DNA of 63,151 nucleotides, the filler included, from Bigelowiella natans CCMP2755 (taxonomy: Eukaryota; Protista; Cercozoa), in NCBI GenBank assembly GCA_000320545.1. It is 9 parts of 9 records of this genome, joined end to end, with 100 filler letters (N's around TTAATTAATTAA, not from the genome) between each part and the next. Parts side by side here need not be neighbours in the genome. Positions count along the whole stretch, not along the records: positions 1 to 17,275 come from ADNK01000519.1; positions 17,376 to 24,406 come from ADNK01003610.1; positions 24,507 to 40,211 come from ADNK01001445.1; 6 more parts are not named here. One strand, written 5' to 3'. Position 1 is the first letter of the stretch; each line of letters begins with the position of its first letter. Shown here in pieces: positions 13,700 through 25,100 of this stretch. The position numbers and the translations under genes were made by a program. The notes below the pieces were generated by a model, which worked only from the letters and a program-made list of their open reading frames with translations, did no database searches and had not been told where the DNA came from.

Positions 13700-14659
13700 C
13701 ATTAGAAGTAACAACAAGTCGTCAGAGACAGCTCGGATGCGATAATCCAGATAATACGATGATGATGATGATGAAATAACGATGGGGTGATATGATAGCT
13801 GGCTGCCCATTAGATTGCAAGGAATGATTTCATAGCACACACACAACGCACACAAGGCGGATTACTACTAGTACTAGTACTAGTAGTACTACACATGCGT
13901 TCGTCGTCGTATAGTCGTGTCTGCTAGTGATCCTCATCATCGTCAATATCCTTACCATCACTACCATCAATCTGAGCTGTGACAAACCGTATCTACTACT
14001 ACTACTACTACTCTGCTGCTGCTGCTGCTGCTGCTACCTTGATAGAATCCTGTCCTTCTGCACTGGCAGAATCATTGAAGTAGAGCGCAAGAACTGATTC
14101 TCGACGAGCTGTTGGCCTTCTGAATCTGACTTTCTTCTGCTCGTTCTCCTCCTCCTGGTGCGTCTTCTCATCGTCGGCATTGATTACCAGAGGCGGGTGG
14201 GAAATCGAGCCTTTTACTCCGCTACTGGGCGACGGGTTTGACTTGTGATCCAACTTCCTCTTGGTTGCTGCTGGTGCCGTTCCTGCCCCCCCCCCTCCTT
14301 TTGCTGCTGCTGCTGCATCATTGTCCGACAACATGTCTGAAACCGTCGTTTTCATTTCTTGGTCAAGACTCAACTCATTTCCGTCCTCCTTTGTAGTGTT
14401 ACGGTGGTGGTGGTGGTTGAAACCATGATGACGATGATGATGATGATGATGATGATAATTATGGAGATGGATGGACTATTTTATGGCGCATGATCATCGT
14501 GACTAATACCAGGAGTAACGTTTGGTGAGAGTCTCGGAGCCACGTGTGTAGCACCGCCCATCGCTCCCTTGCCTAGCACACACACACACACACACACATT
14601 CAAAATATAGTTAGAGTTGTTAGTTAGGTAATTAGGTGAATAGACGGGGGAAGAGAGGA

Positions 14660-14703
<44 letters not shown>

Positions 14704-15016
14704 CCTTACCTCGCTTACAAAAAAGGCACACATCATCGATCAAGGCCTCTTCTACACGGCATGTTGGAGAGCAATCACGACAGGGACAACACCACCATCA
14801 AACCTCGAGCCCGTAGACGCCATTTTGGAAAAGAGAGTGGGAGAAAGAGGAGGAGGAGGAGGAGGAGGAGGAGGAGAGAAGAGGAGGAATACGTGGGCTG
14901 CTGCGCTGCTGCTGACCTTTGCTACTCCGAAGTGTGTGACAAAACGGTATAGACGGTCCAAACAAGCCTAACAATGGCATCGTCGTCATCATCATGATCA
15001 TCATAACTATCGTCGT

Positions 15017-15050
<34 letters not shown>

Positions 15051-15104
15051 TTTATAAATCATGCTCAAGGTCCTCCACCCCACAAACAAACATCCATCTC
15101 CGCA

Positions 15105-15135
<31 letters not shown>

Positions 15136-15303
15136 TACAACAAGAAAGAACACTCCCTGCTGCGTATTATAGATGCCGTGTGCTTGGAAGTAGCGGTGCT
15201 ATACAACGAACGACGGCAGCTTGGGGCAGTGCTGTTGTTTGTTGTTTGTTGTTGTTGTTGTTGCGGCTCATCACTTTCCCATCATCATCATTATAATCAC
15301 TAC

Positions 15304-15338
<35 letters not shown>

Positions 15339-15525
15339 CTATTATCATCACCTCGTCCGCATAGCTTCTGCCGGGGTCCAGCGTGATGCCGTGTACGTGC
15401 TCGATCTCTTTCCTGTGGTGTTTATTTCCACAAAGCAATGAAGAAGATTGCCAGCTGCATCGAGTAAAGAGCGACGGAGAGGGAGGAGGAGGAGGAGGAG
15501 GAGGAGGAGGAGGACATTGCTCATG

Positions 15526-15559
<34 letters not shown>

Positions 15560-16805
15560 GTTATCTGTTGGCCTTGATCCTGCCGCTGGTGATAAAAAGC
15601 ATCAATACTCACCCGTTCACCACCAGCCACATCTCCGAGACGGTCTTTGTGAGGTCGGTGGGCGTGTAGGAGACGATGTAGTGGATGTCCTCTCGAAAGG
15701 GGTTCCTGAGCCGGGAGAACGCTACGTCGCCATTCCTTCGGAGCAGAGGAGGAGGAGAATGAGTCGATCAATGCAGCAAAGGGAGAAAGCAAGCAGGGAA
15801 AGGAGGAGGCTAATAGGCTGATGTCGCTCAAAACCATGTTATATTGCCATGATATCATGAATTGAAGATCCGCCCGGTCTCATTCTCTCCCCCCCCCCCC
15901 TCGGTTTTGTCTGACCGAAGGGGGGCTCTACCGACGATAAGTAGTAGCGACCCCCCCCCGCCCCTCCTCAATACTTTCCCTTTTCAAACTGCCGCCTCCT
16001 CACCTGTCCTGGTGAGATGGATTCCCAGCTTTCAAGCTGTAGGTGTGGGGTGCTAGTCGGTTCAGCAGCAGGTAGACCTGGCAAGGAGGGGGGGGGGAGG
16101 GCGCGAAGAAGCGCAAACGTGGAAATGCGGATGAGAGGGAGAGGGATAGACACGGCACTCTCTTTCTCCTTCTCATTCTTCTTCTTCTGTTCTGATCTCA
16201 GAAGGCATCATCATCATCAATGTTATTATTAATATCACTCTCTGTTGGCGCTGTTATTGACTCCACGGTTCAACGGTAATAATGCAGCAGCAGCAGCAGC
16301 AGTACACTTACAGAATAGTAGATGTTAATGAATCATCACATGCGATGGGGGTGGCCATGCGGAATGGCTGCTGCTTATAGAACCGAATTCATGAAAGTGC
16401 TGTCTCCCTAACCCCTCCCTTAAATCTTCTAGTATGATATCTTCTCTTTGCTCGCTGCTCTTTGATGCTAATATGAATTACCTTTTGGCAGAGCATGATC
16501 CACCATTGCATATGGAGGTCTTGATCTAGCAATGTAATGTTACGGTAAAACCTAGTCAGGTGCCGGAGGCCTTGTGCTGTAAGAGGAAGAAGAAGAAGAA
16601 GAAGATGCGGATAATGGTGAAGATGCAGACATAGAACCTCGCACTCTCACACAAAGACACACACACACACACACACTCTCTCTCTCTCTCTCTCTCTCCT
16701 TCACTGCCCCATGATACGCACCTCGGTATGCACTCAAGATCGACGGATATATGCCACTACTATTATTACAACCAATACTAACACTCCTCCTCCTTCTCCC
16801 CCTAG

Positions 16806-16837
<32 letters not shown>

Positions 16838-17110
16838 TGAAGAAACGTCGCTTGGAAGAACAAGGGCTCGCTGTGTTTTAACTTTGCCTGGAAGCAAGGG
16901 ATGGGAGGGTGAGCGGGCGAGAGAGATTCGGGTTATAATATAGCAATCGATAAAAACCGATCCACCGCAAGTTGTTATGCAATAGCACCCCTCCTCCTCC
17001 AGGCAACGAGACAAACACCACCACCAACAACAACAACAACAACAATAACAACACAACAATGGGATACCAGACCTTCAGCGCATTCATGGAACGCGCGTAT
17101 GACTCCTGTG
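13700..17110 (-). CDS. Hypothetical multi-exon gene (5' end probably beyond contig)
   Basis: Exon-like blocks with splice signals, e.g. NPFREDIHYIVSYTPTDLTKTVSEMWLVVNG, KEIEHVHGITLDPGRSYADE and ORF 14008-14373. No family recognised. Confidence 0.35.
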
Positions 17111-17172
17111 TGGGTGGAAGAAGAAGAAGAAGAAGAAGAAGAAGAAGGGTAATTCCAAGTATCGTACATAAT

Positions 17173-17206
<34 letters not shown>

Positions 17207-17219
17207 GGCGCGCGCGGGG

Positions 17220-17267
<48 letters not shown>

Positions 17268-17275
17268 ATTTGCAA

Positions 17276-17375
17276 NNNNNNNNNNNNNNNNNNNNNNNNN
17301 NNNNNNNNNNNNNNNNNNNTTAATTAATTAANNNNNNNNNNNNNNNNNNNNNNNNNNNNNNNNNNNNNNNNNNNN
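17276..17375. other. Artificial contig spacer (44N-TTAATTAATTAA-44N); also at 24407-24506, 40212-40311, 47871-47970, 54984-55083, 56903-57002, 58890-58989, 60948-61047
   Basis: Identical 100-bp block with a six-frame stop linker, occurring eight times. Confidence 0.98.
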
Positions 17376-17377
17376 AT

Positions 17378-20037
17378 GTGCTAGCTAAGAAACCTACTTA
17401 CCCTTTCTTCCGCCTGGCGCACAACTTCATCCGCCACAACCGAGTAATAAAGAGGATCCAGACACCTACACCAAGGATAGATGACGTTATTGAACACGTC
17501 ATAGGATACAAATACTACTCTTCCCTAGATAAAAATGAATCATACATGCAGACACCCATCCACAAAACCTCCCGCCCCATTACCGCGTTCTCCAGCAGGC
17601 ACAGGAAGTGGCACTTCGTCGTATTCCCTTACGGCCTAAGCATATCAGGGGATGCGTTCAGTAGTCAGAACTACAGGGCATACACACATGATGGGATGGC
17701 GTCTGTGTTGTGGGTGTTTGTGTTTGTGTATGTGGATGATGACATAATATGTACCAACACAGTCGTCGCTCAGATCTTCCTCCTGGAAAATATATTTATT
17801 AGGTTTGCACACTTCGGTTTTACTATTAGACTGCAGAAGTGTACATTCCTAGCTACAAGAATCAAGTGGTGTGGATATTACCTGGAGCAAGGCCGCATCA
17901 CCCCAAACCCCGAGAAAGTAGCAGCACTACAGCAAGCCCCTAAACCTAAGAATGCAAAGGAGTTAAAGTCATTCTTGCAGACTGCAGCTTGGATACTACG
18001 TAGGTTCTCCCCTACCTACGCTAGGACTGCAGCTGCTTTTACTACTGCTTACCGGAAGGAGAACTCTGTAGGCCTCAGCTTCGCTAAGGTGTGGGCCAAG
18101 GCTGGCCTTGATGCCCACTTCGATAACCTAATAAAGTTATGCAGCAACACCCTATTGAATGCTAAGCTAGACACTACTAGACCAGCTACCCTATGGACAG
18201 ACTGGTCTAAGCTAGGTATGGCTGCTGTACTTACCCAAGACCAGCAGATCATACGGGTGTGGGGCAGGGCCTGCACAGCAGCTGAGGCCAAATACAGCCC
18301 TACAAAAGGAGAGTATAAAGCCATGACTGAGGCGCAGAGGAAACTAAGATACTACCTGCTGTCGGTGCCCAGCTTCACCTTAATGACTGACCACAAGCCC
18401 CTCCTAGGCATCGACCGCAAGCTCGAAGCGCCTAACGATGAGTATGCAGCTATGAGGGCGGACACGGAAGAGTTTAGGGACAAGAGGACAGTGGTCTACG
18501 CACCAGAGACAAGCAGCTTGCTGACTATTTCAGCAGGCTGTTCGAAAAGAAAGTCCCTACCCAGGTCACCCCTATGGTTAACGCGATTACCTTCGAGGAC
18601 GGCGACTTCCTGCCTGAGCCAGAGGAGCTCCAGCACCTTCAAGAACACCTGGATAAATACAAACACAAGCATGAGGTACTTAGTGATAGGATATATGTAT
18701 ACACTAATAATGTTAGGCGTACCTACGTGCCACGGCGGACCAGGGGAGCCCTTCTCTTTACCGCCCATGGACCTGCACACGTAGGAGAAAACCATATCAC
18801 TGCTCTACTCTACCATTACTACTGGCCCTACAAGCTAAAAGAGATAAGGACATACCTGCGTGGCTGCAGGTGCTCCAGCTTGAAGGCGGCAGGCGTCGCC
18901 ACCAAGGAGTCCAGCAAGAGCCGTGCATCTAAGAAAATCAAAGCAAGGAACTTCTTAGATATCGTGCAAATTGATGTTTATAAGTACGATGGCTATCACT
19001 ACCTTACCTTCGTTGATGTGGCCACTGGAAAGTGCTGGGTTAAAAAGATTATCAAGGTCAACGTTGCTAAGAAGAACAAAGGCTTATATAAGCAGAGGCT
19101 TACTAACTGCTACCGTACCTGGGAGTCTGAGCTCCAGGCTATCCCTGATGAAGTTAGCATAAACAAGATACCAAAGAAGTTACATGTGGATAATGAGACC
19201 TCTCTTCTACAGCTACCACACCCTAATATTGATGCCTCACCTGTATACTATGCCCAGTCCAACTCCAAGGTAGAGCGACTCCACCGCACCTTGGCCAACC
19301 TAAGCAGGATAAATAGCACCACACCAGACAAGATACAAGGGTTAGTAAACGACACCTTCACGTCTGGGGGAGGTATCAAGGATAAGGAGAGGGAAGAAGG
19401 CGACGACAACGACGACGATACCGAGAGCGAAGACGAGAAGGTCCCGTACGATGGCCGAGTTCTAAAGGAAGGACAGTATGTTAGGGCCAAGGTAAATCTG
19501 AGATCGAGAAATAAACAAGACCCCTTCTGGGGTGGCGTTGCAAAGGTTACCGAGAGGAAGGGGAGGAAGCAGTACTACATCTATGATGGGAACAGGGTCA
19601 CCTTGCGCCACATCAGTCACCTAAAGAATTATGATATCGGTGAGAAGCTCCTAGAGGATGTTAAAGTAAACCCTACTGTGTGGGAGCGAGCAATGCCTTG
19701 TTTAGGACCCCGACCTAAGTTCGATGTGGAATATGGAAACAATAAGGTCAGGGTGAACGACGATTGGCGCATGAAGATTGTCTATCTAGGCTACCCTGGA
19801 TTACGAAATATGGAGAGGGTAGCTATGAAAATAAAGGACGGAAAATATCAGCTACTCTACCTAGCTGTTCCCGACTTACCCTTTGAGCACTGGTATAAGG
19901 TCCTGGGGGACCTTGATGCAGAGGGCTGGTATGGACACGAACCTAAGGACGAAGGTGAGTTCTGGGTAAGCGACAAAGGAGATAAGGTTAGAGAGGAATC
20001 TATTACCTGGTGGTTGGTGAAGTTCCGAAAGCGATGA
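17378..20037 (+). CDS. pol: Pol polyprotein (RT, RNase H, integrase, GPY/F-like module, C-terminal MTase-like domain) with one frameshift near 18506
   Basis: RT: LDKNESYMQ, PYGL, YVDD. RNase H: LWTDWS, YSPTKGE, TDHKPL, then LADYFSR after the frame change. Integrase: AHGPAH...CRC, VQID, VDNE, SNSKVER. Confidence 0.9.
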
Positions 20038-20079
20038 AGGTCTAAGGGAATAAGGAAGGAAGGAAGGAGCAACGTGACT

Positions 20080-20088
20080 TGGGGGAGG
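20080..20088 (+). promoter_or_regulatory. Polypurine tract (plus-strand primer)
   Basis: (T)GGGGGAGG lies immediately before the TG that starts the LTR. Confidence 0.8.
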
Positions 20089-20414
20089 TGTAGCGCGTAC
20101 CACTACGCGGGCACAAGTCACGTGCGACAACAAAGGGGTTGTCGCGGATATAGAATATAGATAACGTAGATATTAATACAGCATAGGCACGTGGGTTCCG
20201 GCGGGACTCATGGCAGCACACCGGAAGTGTGCTGCCCCACGTGCGGCGGCATTCGCGAAAGCTTCGCGAATGATTACGCAGTGCACGATTTAATAAAAAT
20301 ATAATCTTTAATAAAAATAAACACAACTCTTCAAAAGGAAGCAAACGTGCCTTTCCCCCCCCCTGCCTACTTGTGCACGTAGCGCCTCGGCCTGTGAACA
20401 CCTTACGCGCAACA
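20089..20414 (+). repeat. 3' LTR (326 bp)
   Basis: Begins TGTAGCGCGTA and ends TACGCGCAACA (10/11 terminal inverted repeat). Contains an internal AT-rich TATA/AATAAA block at about 20288-20320. Confidence 0.85.
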
Positions 20415-21643
20415 ACCACTGGTGAACCAGCATGCTTCAACGTTTCTCCTTTCCAGTTTTTTTCCCAGAGATTTGGTGACAACACTTGAAATCACCTCAG
20501 TTCAATTTCCGTGCACAACCACGTTCACCCTGCAAATGACAACAACGCCGCAATGCAAAGCACGTTTGCAGTGCTCCAGTGCCAGAGAGTTCAATCTGAA
20601 CACCGCTACCTGCTCGTTTGCTAGCTTTTGCTCACTGCGCGCACATCGCACCGCACCCAGCCCTCCAACACACGTGACGATGCAGAACGCTGACCACGAT
20701 TTGCATCAGAGCGAACGAAGCAGCAGTTGCAGCTTTTCACGTCCAACCAGCCAACGCGAAACGGCACGAACGATGCCACTTCAGACAAACTCAACATGCT
20801 TGAGTTGTTGCGAACACACCAGCACGTTCGCAACGTCCGTTCGTGGGTGTTAGTGGGTTGCACCGTGACTGTGTTTCGTCACCGTTCTTGCACGATCACG
20901 TGGACAGGTCATTGCGTGCAAAGGCAAGCTGAACGTGCGTCGTGTCGTGAACGTGAACCGCCTGTTCGTTCACAGTGACTGCTGTGATCGTCACCGCTGG
21001 AAGACAACACAAACACGTCATGCCAGCACGTCCACCGCTGTCGTCCATCCCAACGTCAAAACCAGCAAGCGGGTCTGTGCAAGTGGGCCTGCACGACTTG
21101 TTCAACCTGCTCGACTTTGTTGCGTGTTGGGACCTGATAAAAAAAAAGTCAATGCACGAAATTGAACGGTATCACGTGCCACATCACCGCTGCAGTGAGC
21201 ACATTTTGCGAAGTGTGTGCAAGTTGGCACGAACCAAACGTTGAATGCATCACAACTGGCAGCCAAACGACAGCTGGCCTGCCAATGAACAATGAAAAAT
21301 GAACAAAGCGTTGATCAAAAACTACATGCGCCAGAACCACATGGGAGACAGGCATTTGCACGCAGCAGAGCCTCAACAACACTCGTTGCAAGGACTTGTC
21401 AGCACCCTGTTGGTGAGATGGCAGCCCAAGCTCTTGATTTGGAGATGGGGGCAAAAAAAAACCGGGATTCGTCGGGACACCGGTGCCCGTTGCCCAGGAG
21501 TTCCCCGAAGAAACTGCACTCAGCGAATGATCATTTGCAACAGGCACAAGGAGCCGAAAAATTGTCATGAAACACGACAACGCATCGTCGACGGAACTCG
21601 AGAATTTAGGAAGTCCTGAAGTCCTGCGTGGCCTTCCATTGCC

Positions 21644-22775
21644 ATGGCGCTATCGAGCTATCTGTTGAAGGTAAATTGATGGCTACAAAGAAAGCATCGA
21701 CACGCGCCTCTACAGATGTCTTCTTTGATGTCTCTGCAAAGAGAGCATCGACACGGGCATCTGTAGACGTCTTCTTCCTTTTCACTGCTTCTGCATGTTT
21801 TGTGTTGCAGAAACCCAGGATCATCTACATCACCGTGTGCTTAGCTGTTGGGGGCATGGTGTGCATGTCAGTGGCACTAATGCCAACGGAGCGGGTCATC
21901 CAACCCCCCATCCAATCGCCATTGGGTTTGACCGAAGAAGATCACAGAATACACATTGCCAGTGCCGCTAGCAAGCATCCTGTCAACTTCACAGAGTTCT
22001 TTGATAAATATGTGGAACGGATAGGGAGCCCAGCTTCCGACAGAGGTTATGAGAGACTTGACCGTCAGTGGTTCGAGCGTTTGGCGATTGCACGAAATGA
22101 GCTGAATAGGAAGGCAATCAGAGCAGCAAGATTCAGAGTCTCACCCGACAACAAGACGGAGCAGACTACCTATATTCCTGCAAACATGAGGAAGGTCCCA
22201 GTCTTAGGTACAACTGCATGCACATTATGCTGCTAAATATTCGATGATGAACGCCCTCCTCCTCCTCCTCCTCCTGCTCCTGGTTTCTTTGGTTGCATGT
22301 GCTGCTTGTCTTTGGATGACCACAAATCAAACATCTCCTCGATCTATTCTACTCACTAACTATGTGTGACTACTAAGGTATTACCGTATTCCATGACGAC
22401 GAGAAGGCCCGTTTCATTGACAGACTTCTTCGAAGCATCGATACACCCATTGGGACGATAGTCGTCACATGGTAGTGGTAGTAGAAGTAGTAGTAGTAAG
22501 TGTGCGTCCTACGTGAAAATGCTCAATGTATGATGATGTCAGGCTGATCATGGATCCTTTCTTGCACAATTTTAGATGATAATAATGATACGATTATGAA
22601 TGCATTTAAAAGGTACGGGAATTTCTCAAATGAAGCACATACAGTTGTGCGTGCGTTGAGGAATGGGGGATACAGCCACTTGATTTACGACAGGCTGGTC
22701 ATAAATCAGTACCCTTTCAACATGGGGTTCTCGTTTGGCGTAAATGAGGTAGTAGTAGCAGATGCATCATGATTA

Positions 22776-22818
<43 letters not shown>

Positions 22819-24160
22819 TAGAGTGCCATTAACGACCTTGTTGCATTTGGAAGGTCAATATGACATCGTTCGATTCATTCATTTCTAGGTGATTTATGAG
22901 GAGATGAAAGCTCCGTGGTGGCTATGCGTCAGCTACGATATTGCCTATCCCATGGGCGTGTTGGGGAACATCGCTGAGCTTATTAACTCAAACTTGTCTT
23001 TGGGGGAGGATATCGGAATCTTCTCGTTCGATTTCATAGATCACGTGAATCGACCACCGTGGGCAAACTTTGCTCTTACACCGCATGCCATTGCAAAGAT
23101 GGGTCTTTTTGATGAGAACTTCGTTCCAGTATACTTTGAGGACGGTGACTACGAACACCGTGCGGTGGTCAGACCCATAGCGACGCACTGTTAACATCAC
23201 CATCATCACCACGATCATCATCATCATATCATCACCGTCATCGCCATCATTGCATGCAAGTGATTACTTAATCGTCCCACACCTTATATGCTCCTTCTCC
23301 TGCACGACGGTGGTTACCAGAAATGATTCGATGAATGTGTTGTTATCATCATTATCATCGTCATTCTTTGTGTAGGCTAACGAGGTGAGATGGGTGGTTA
23401 AGTCCAGCCCAAGCTTGAAAGTAATTCATGGATGGGCCGATATTAAACCGCATAGATCAGCCACTCTAGAGGTGTACAATAACAACACCATCATACTTCT
23501 TACAACTGTTGTCATTTTTATTGTAAGAGGAGCTCAGAGCGGCCCACTGATATGCATGTCGCACAGGACCTTGAGAGGCAGCAGGGAAGCAAGATAATGA
23601 AGGTTTTATCGGCTCAAAGAGAGGCAACGCACAACGCTGCATACTTAGATTGTGAGTTCAAACTCGTGTAGCGCAATGGTTCTTGCGAACATGCATATAC
23701 AAATACATATACACACATTTCATGTATGCTAGTGTTTGTGCATGATGGGGGGGAGAGGAGCTCTGTCTCCCATCAGCACTAATCGTGTGCGTTACTTCAC
23801 ATACAATATTTGGATTTACCAGGCAAACGTGGCCTCAAGGGCTACATAGAGTTCGAGAGTGTATGTCTGATATAACTTTGAATTGAGTGACACTGAATGA
23901 GCATGCTGTGTAGTAGTGCTCGTAGCAGTAGTAGCAATTATTGTTGGAGTGGTACACCATGATTCAAGTCGAGACATTCATCAAATATCTGTGGTTGTCA
24001 GATGCGTGATCCCATGAAATGGACACTGGATTACAAGCGATTAATGTGCAACTATGAAGTTGGGCTCCTTGCAACCAGTGAAGGACCCGTTGATGTGATA
24101 GGGAAGTGTCTACCAGAGAGGTGTCGTAAGCATTGGATCGAACTGGGAAGCAACCCATAG
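21644..24160 (+). CDS. Type II membrane glycosyltransferase, GT2-like fold (multi-exon)
   Basis: MALSSYLLK|KPRIIYITVCLAVGG signal anchor, then VPVLG, RLLRSID, NMGFSFGVN, WWLCVSYDI, GLFDENFVPVYFEDGDYEHR and VIHG. Confidence 0.72.
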
Positions 24161-24692
24161 AGACGGACTGAAGTCTCTATGCGTGCACATGGTTCTAGCA
24201 CATGTGGACGTGTCAATCATTTCGCTAAAATTGGGGTTCGTGTGCAGCACAAATCAACAAATGTTGCGAACCGGTGCTCAAGGGGCACACTAAACTTCGC
24301 ACACACCCGTGCGATACGAGTTGTCGCGTCTCCACGTGTGCTGCAATCATTTGCACCCACTAGCGTCGCCCACGCTTGACATGCGCGATCCCAATCGGCT
24401 GTGATCNNNNNNNNNNNNNNNNNNNNNNNNNNNNNNNNNNNNNNNNNNNNTTAATTAATTAANNNNNNNNNNNNNNNNNNNNNNNNNNNNNNNNNNNNNN
24501 NNNNNNCCCCCCCCCCCCCCCCCTCCCCCCTCCTGTCCGTCTCTGATTATGCTACCTACCACCGAATACAACCCACAGAATCTGGAGAGATTCATGCAAG
24601 CGCAGCAACAGTTCTTCGAGAAAGCAAGGTGTGTTTGTTACAAGTGAAATCTAATATCATCATCATCATCATCTCTATCATCACATCATCTT

Positions 24693-24725
<33 letters not shown>

Positions 24726-24780
24726 AATCCACGTCTCCTTGTCTTGCCATGTGCTGTCTTGTGCCCCCCCCCCCTTGCAG

Positions 24781-25100
24781 CAAGTACATGATCGACGGCG
24801 ACAGCCTCAAGTCGAAGCTGGAGGAGGCCAGGGGCGACGAGGCAGAGGGGGGAGGGGAGAAAGGTGCTGAAAGTAAAGGGAACGATGGCGAGGAGGAAGA
24901 GCACGACGTCAAGGATGATGTGAAGGAAACGAAGAAGGTACGAGCAATACATGCGTAGATGATTACGTGATATATTACATCCAGACGATGAAGTTCTCAT
25001 TCCATCCCCCCCCCCTCCCCCTTCCACTATATGTTCTCCGTTCCCAAACGCAATATTAGGAAGGGTGATCATGGCCGATCGAAGTCATCATTCCCAAAAC
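24781..25100 (+). CDS. C-terminal exons of an unidentified gene
   Basis: AG/GT-bounded acidic exon KYMIDGDSLKSKLEEARG...KETKK. Confidence 0.3.

Larger units (their letters stand above)
17376..20414 (+). mobile_element. Ty3/Gypsy LTR retrotransposon, 5' part lost in gap
   Basis: Domain order RT-RNase H-integrase, then polypurine tract and a TG...CA LTR. Confidence 0.93.

Noticed and set aside
17320-17331. Recurrent TTAATTAATTAA motif as a biological repeat or CRISPR-like array
   Set aside because: It is always centred in 44N flanks, so it is an assembly linker. Gene neighbourhoods across it are not interpretable.
20415-20435. TGGTGAACC after the LTR as a primer-binding site of a second element
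   Set aside because: It is offset 5 bp from the LTR end and no gag-like ORF follows; the LTR is preceded by a PPT, so it is the 3' LTR.
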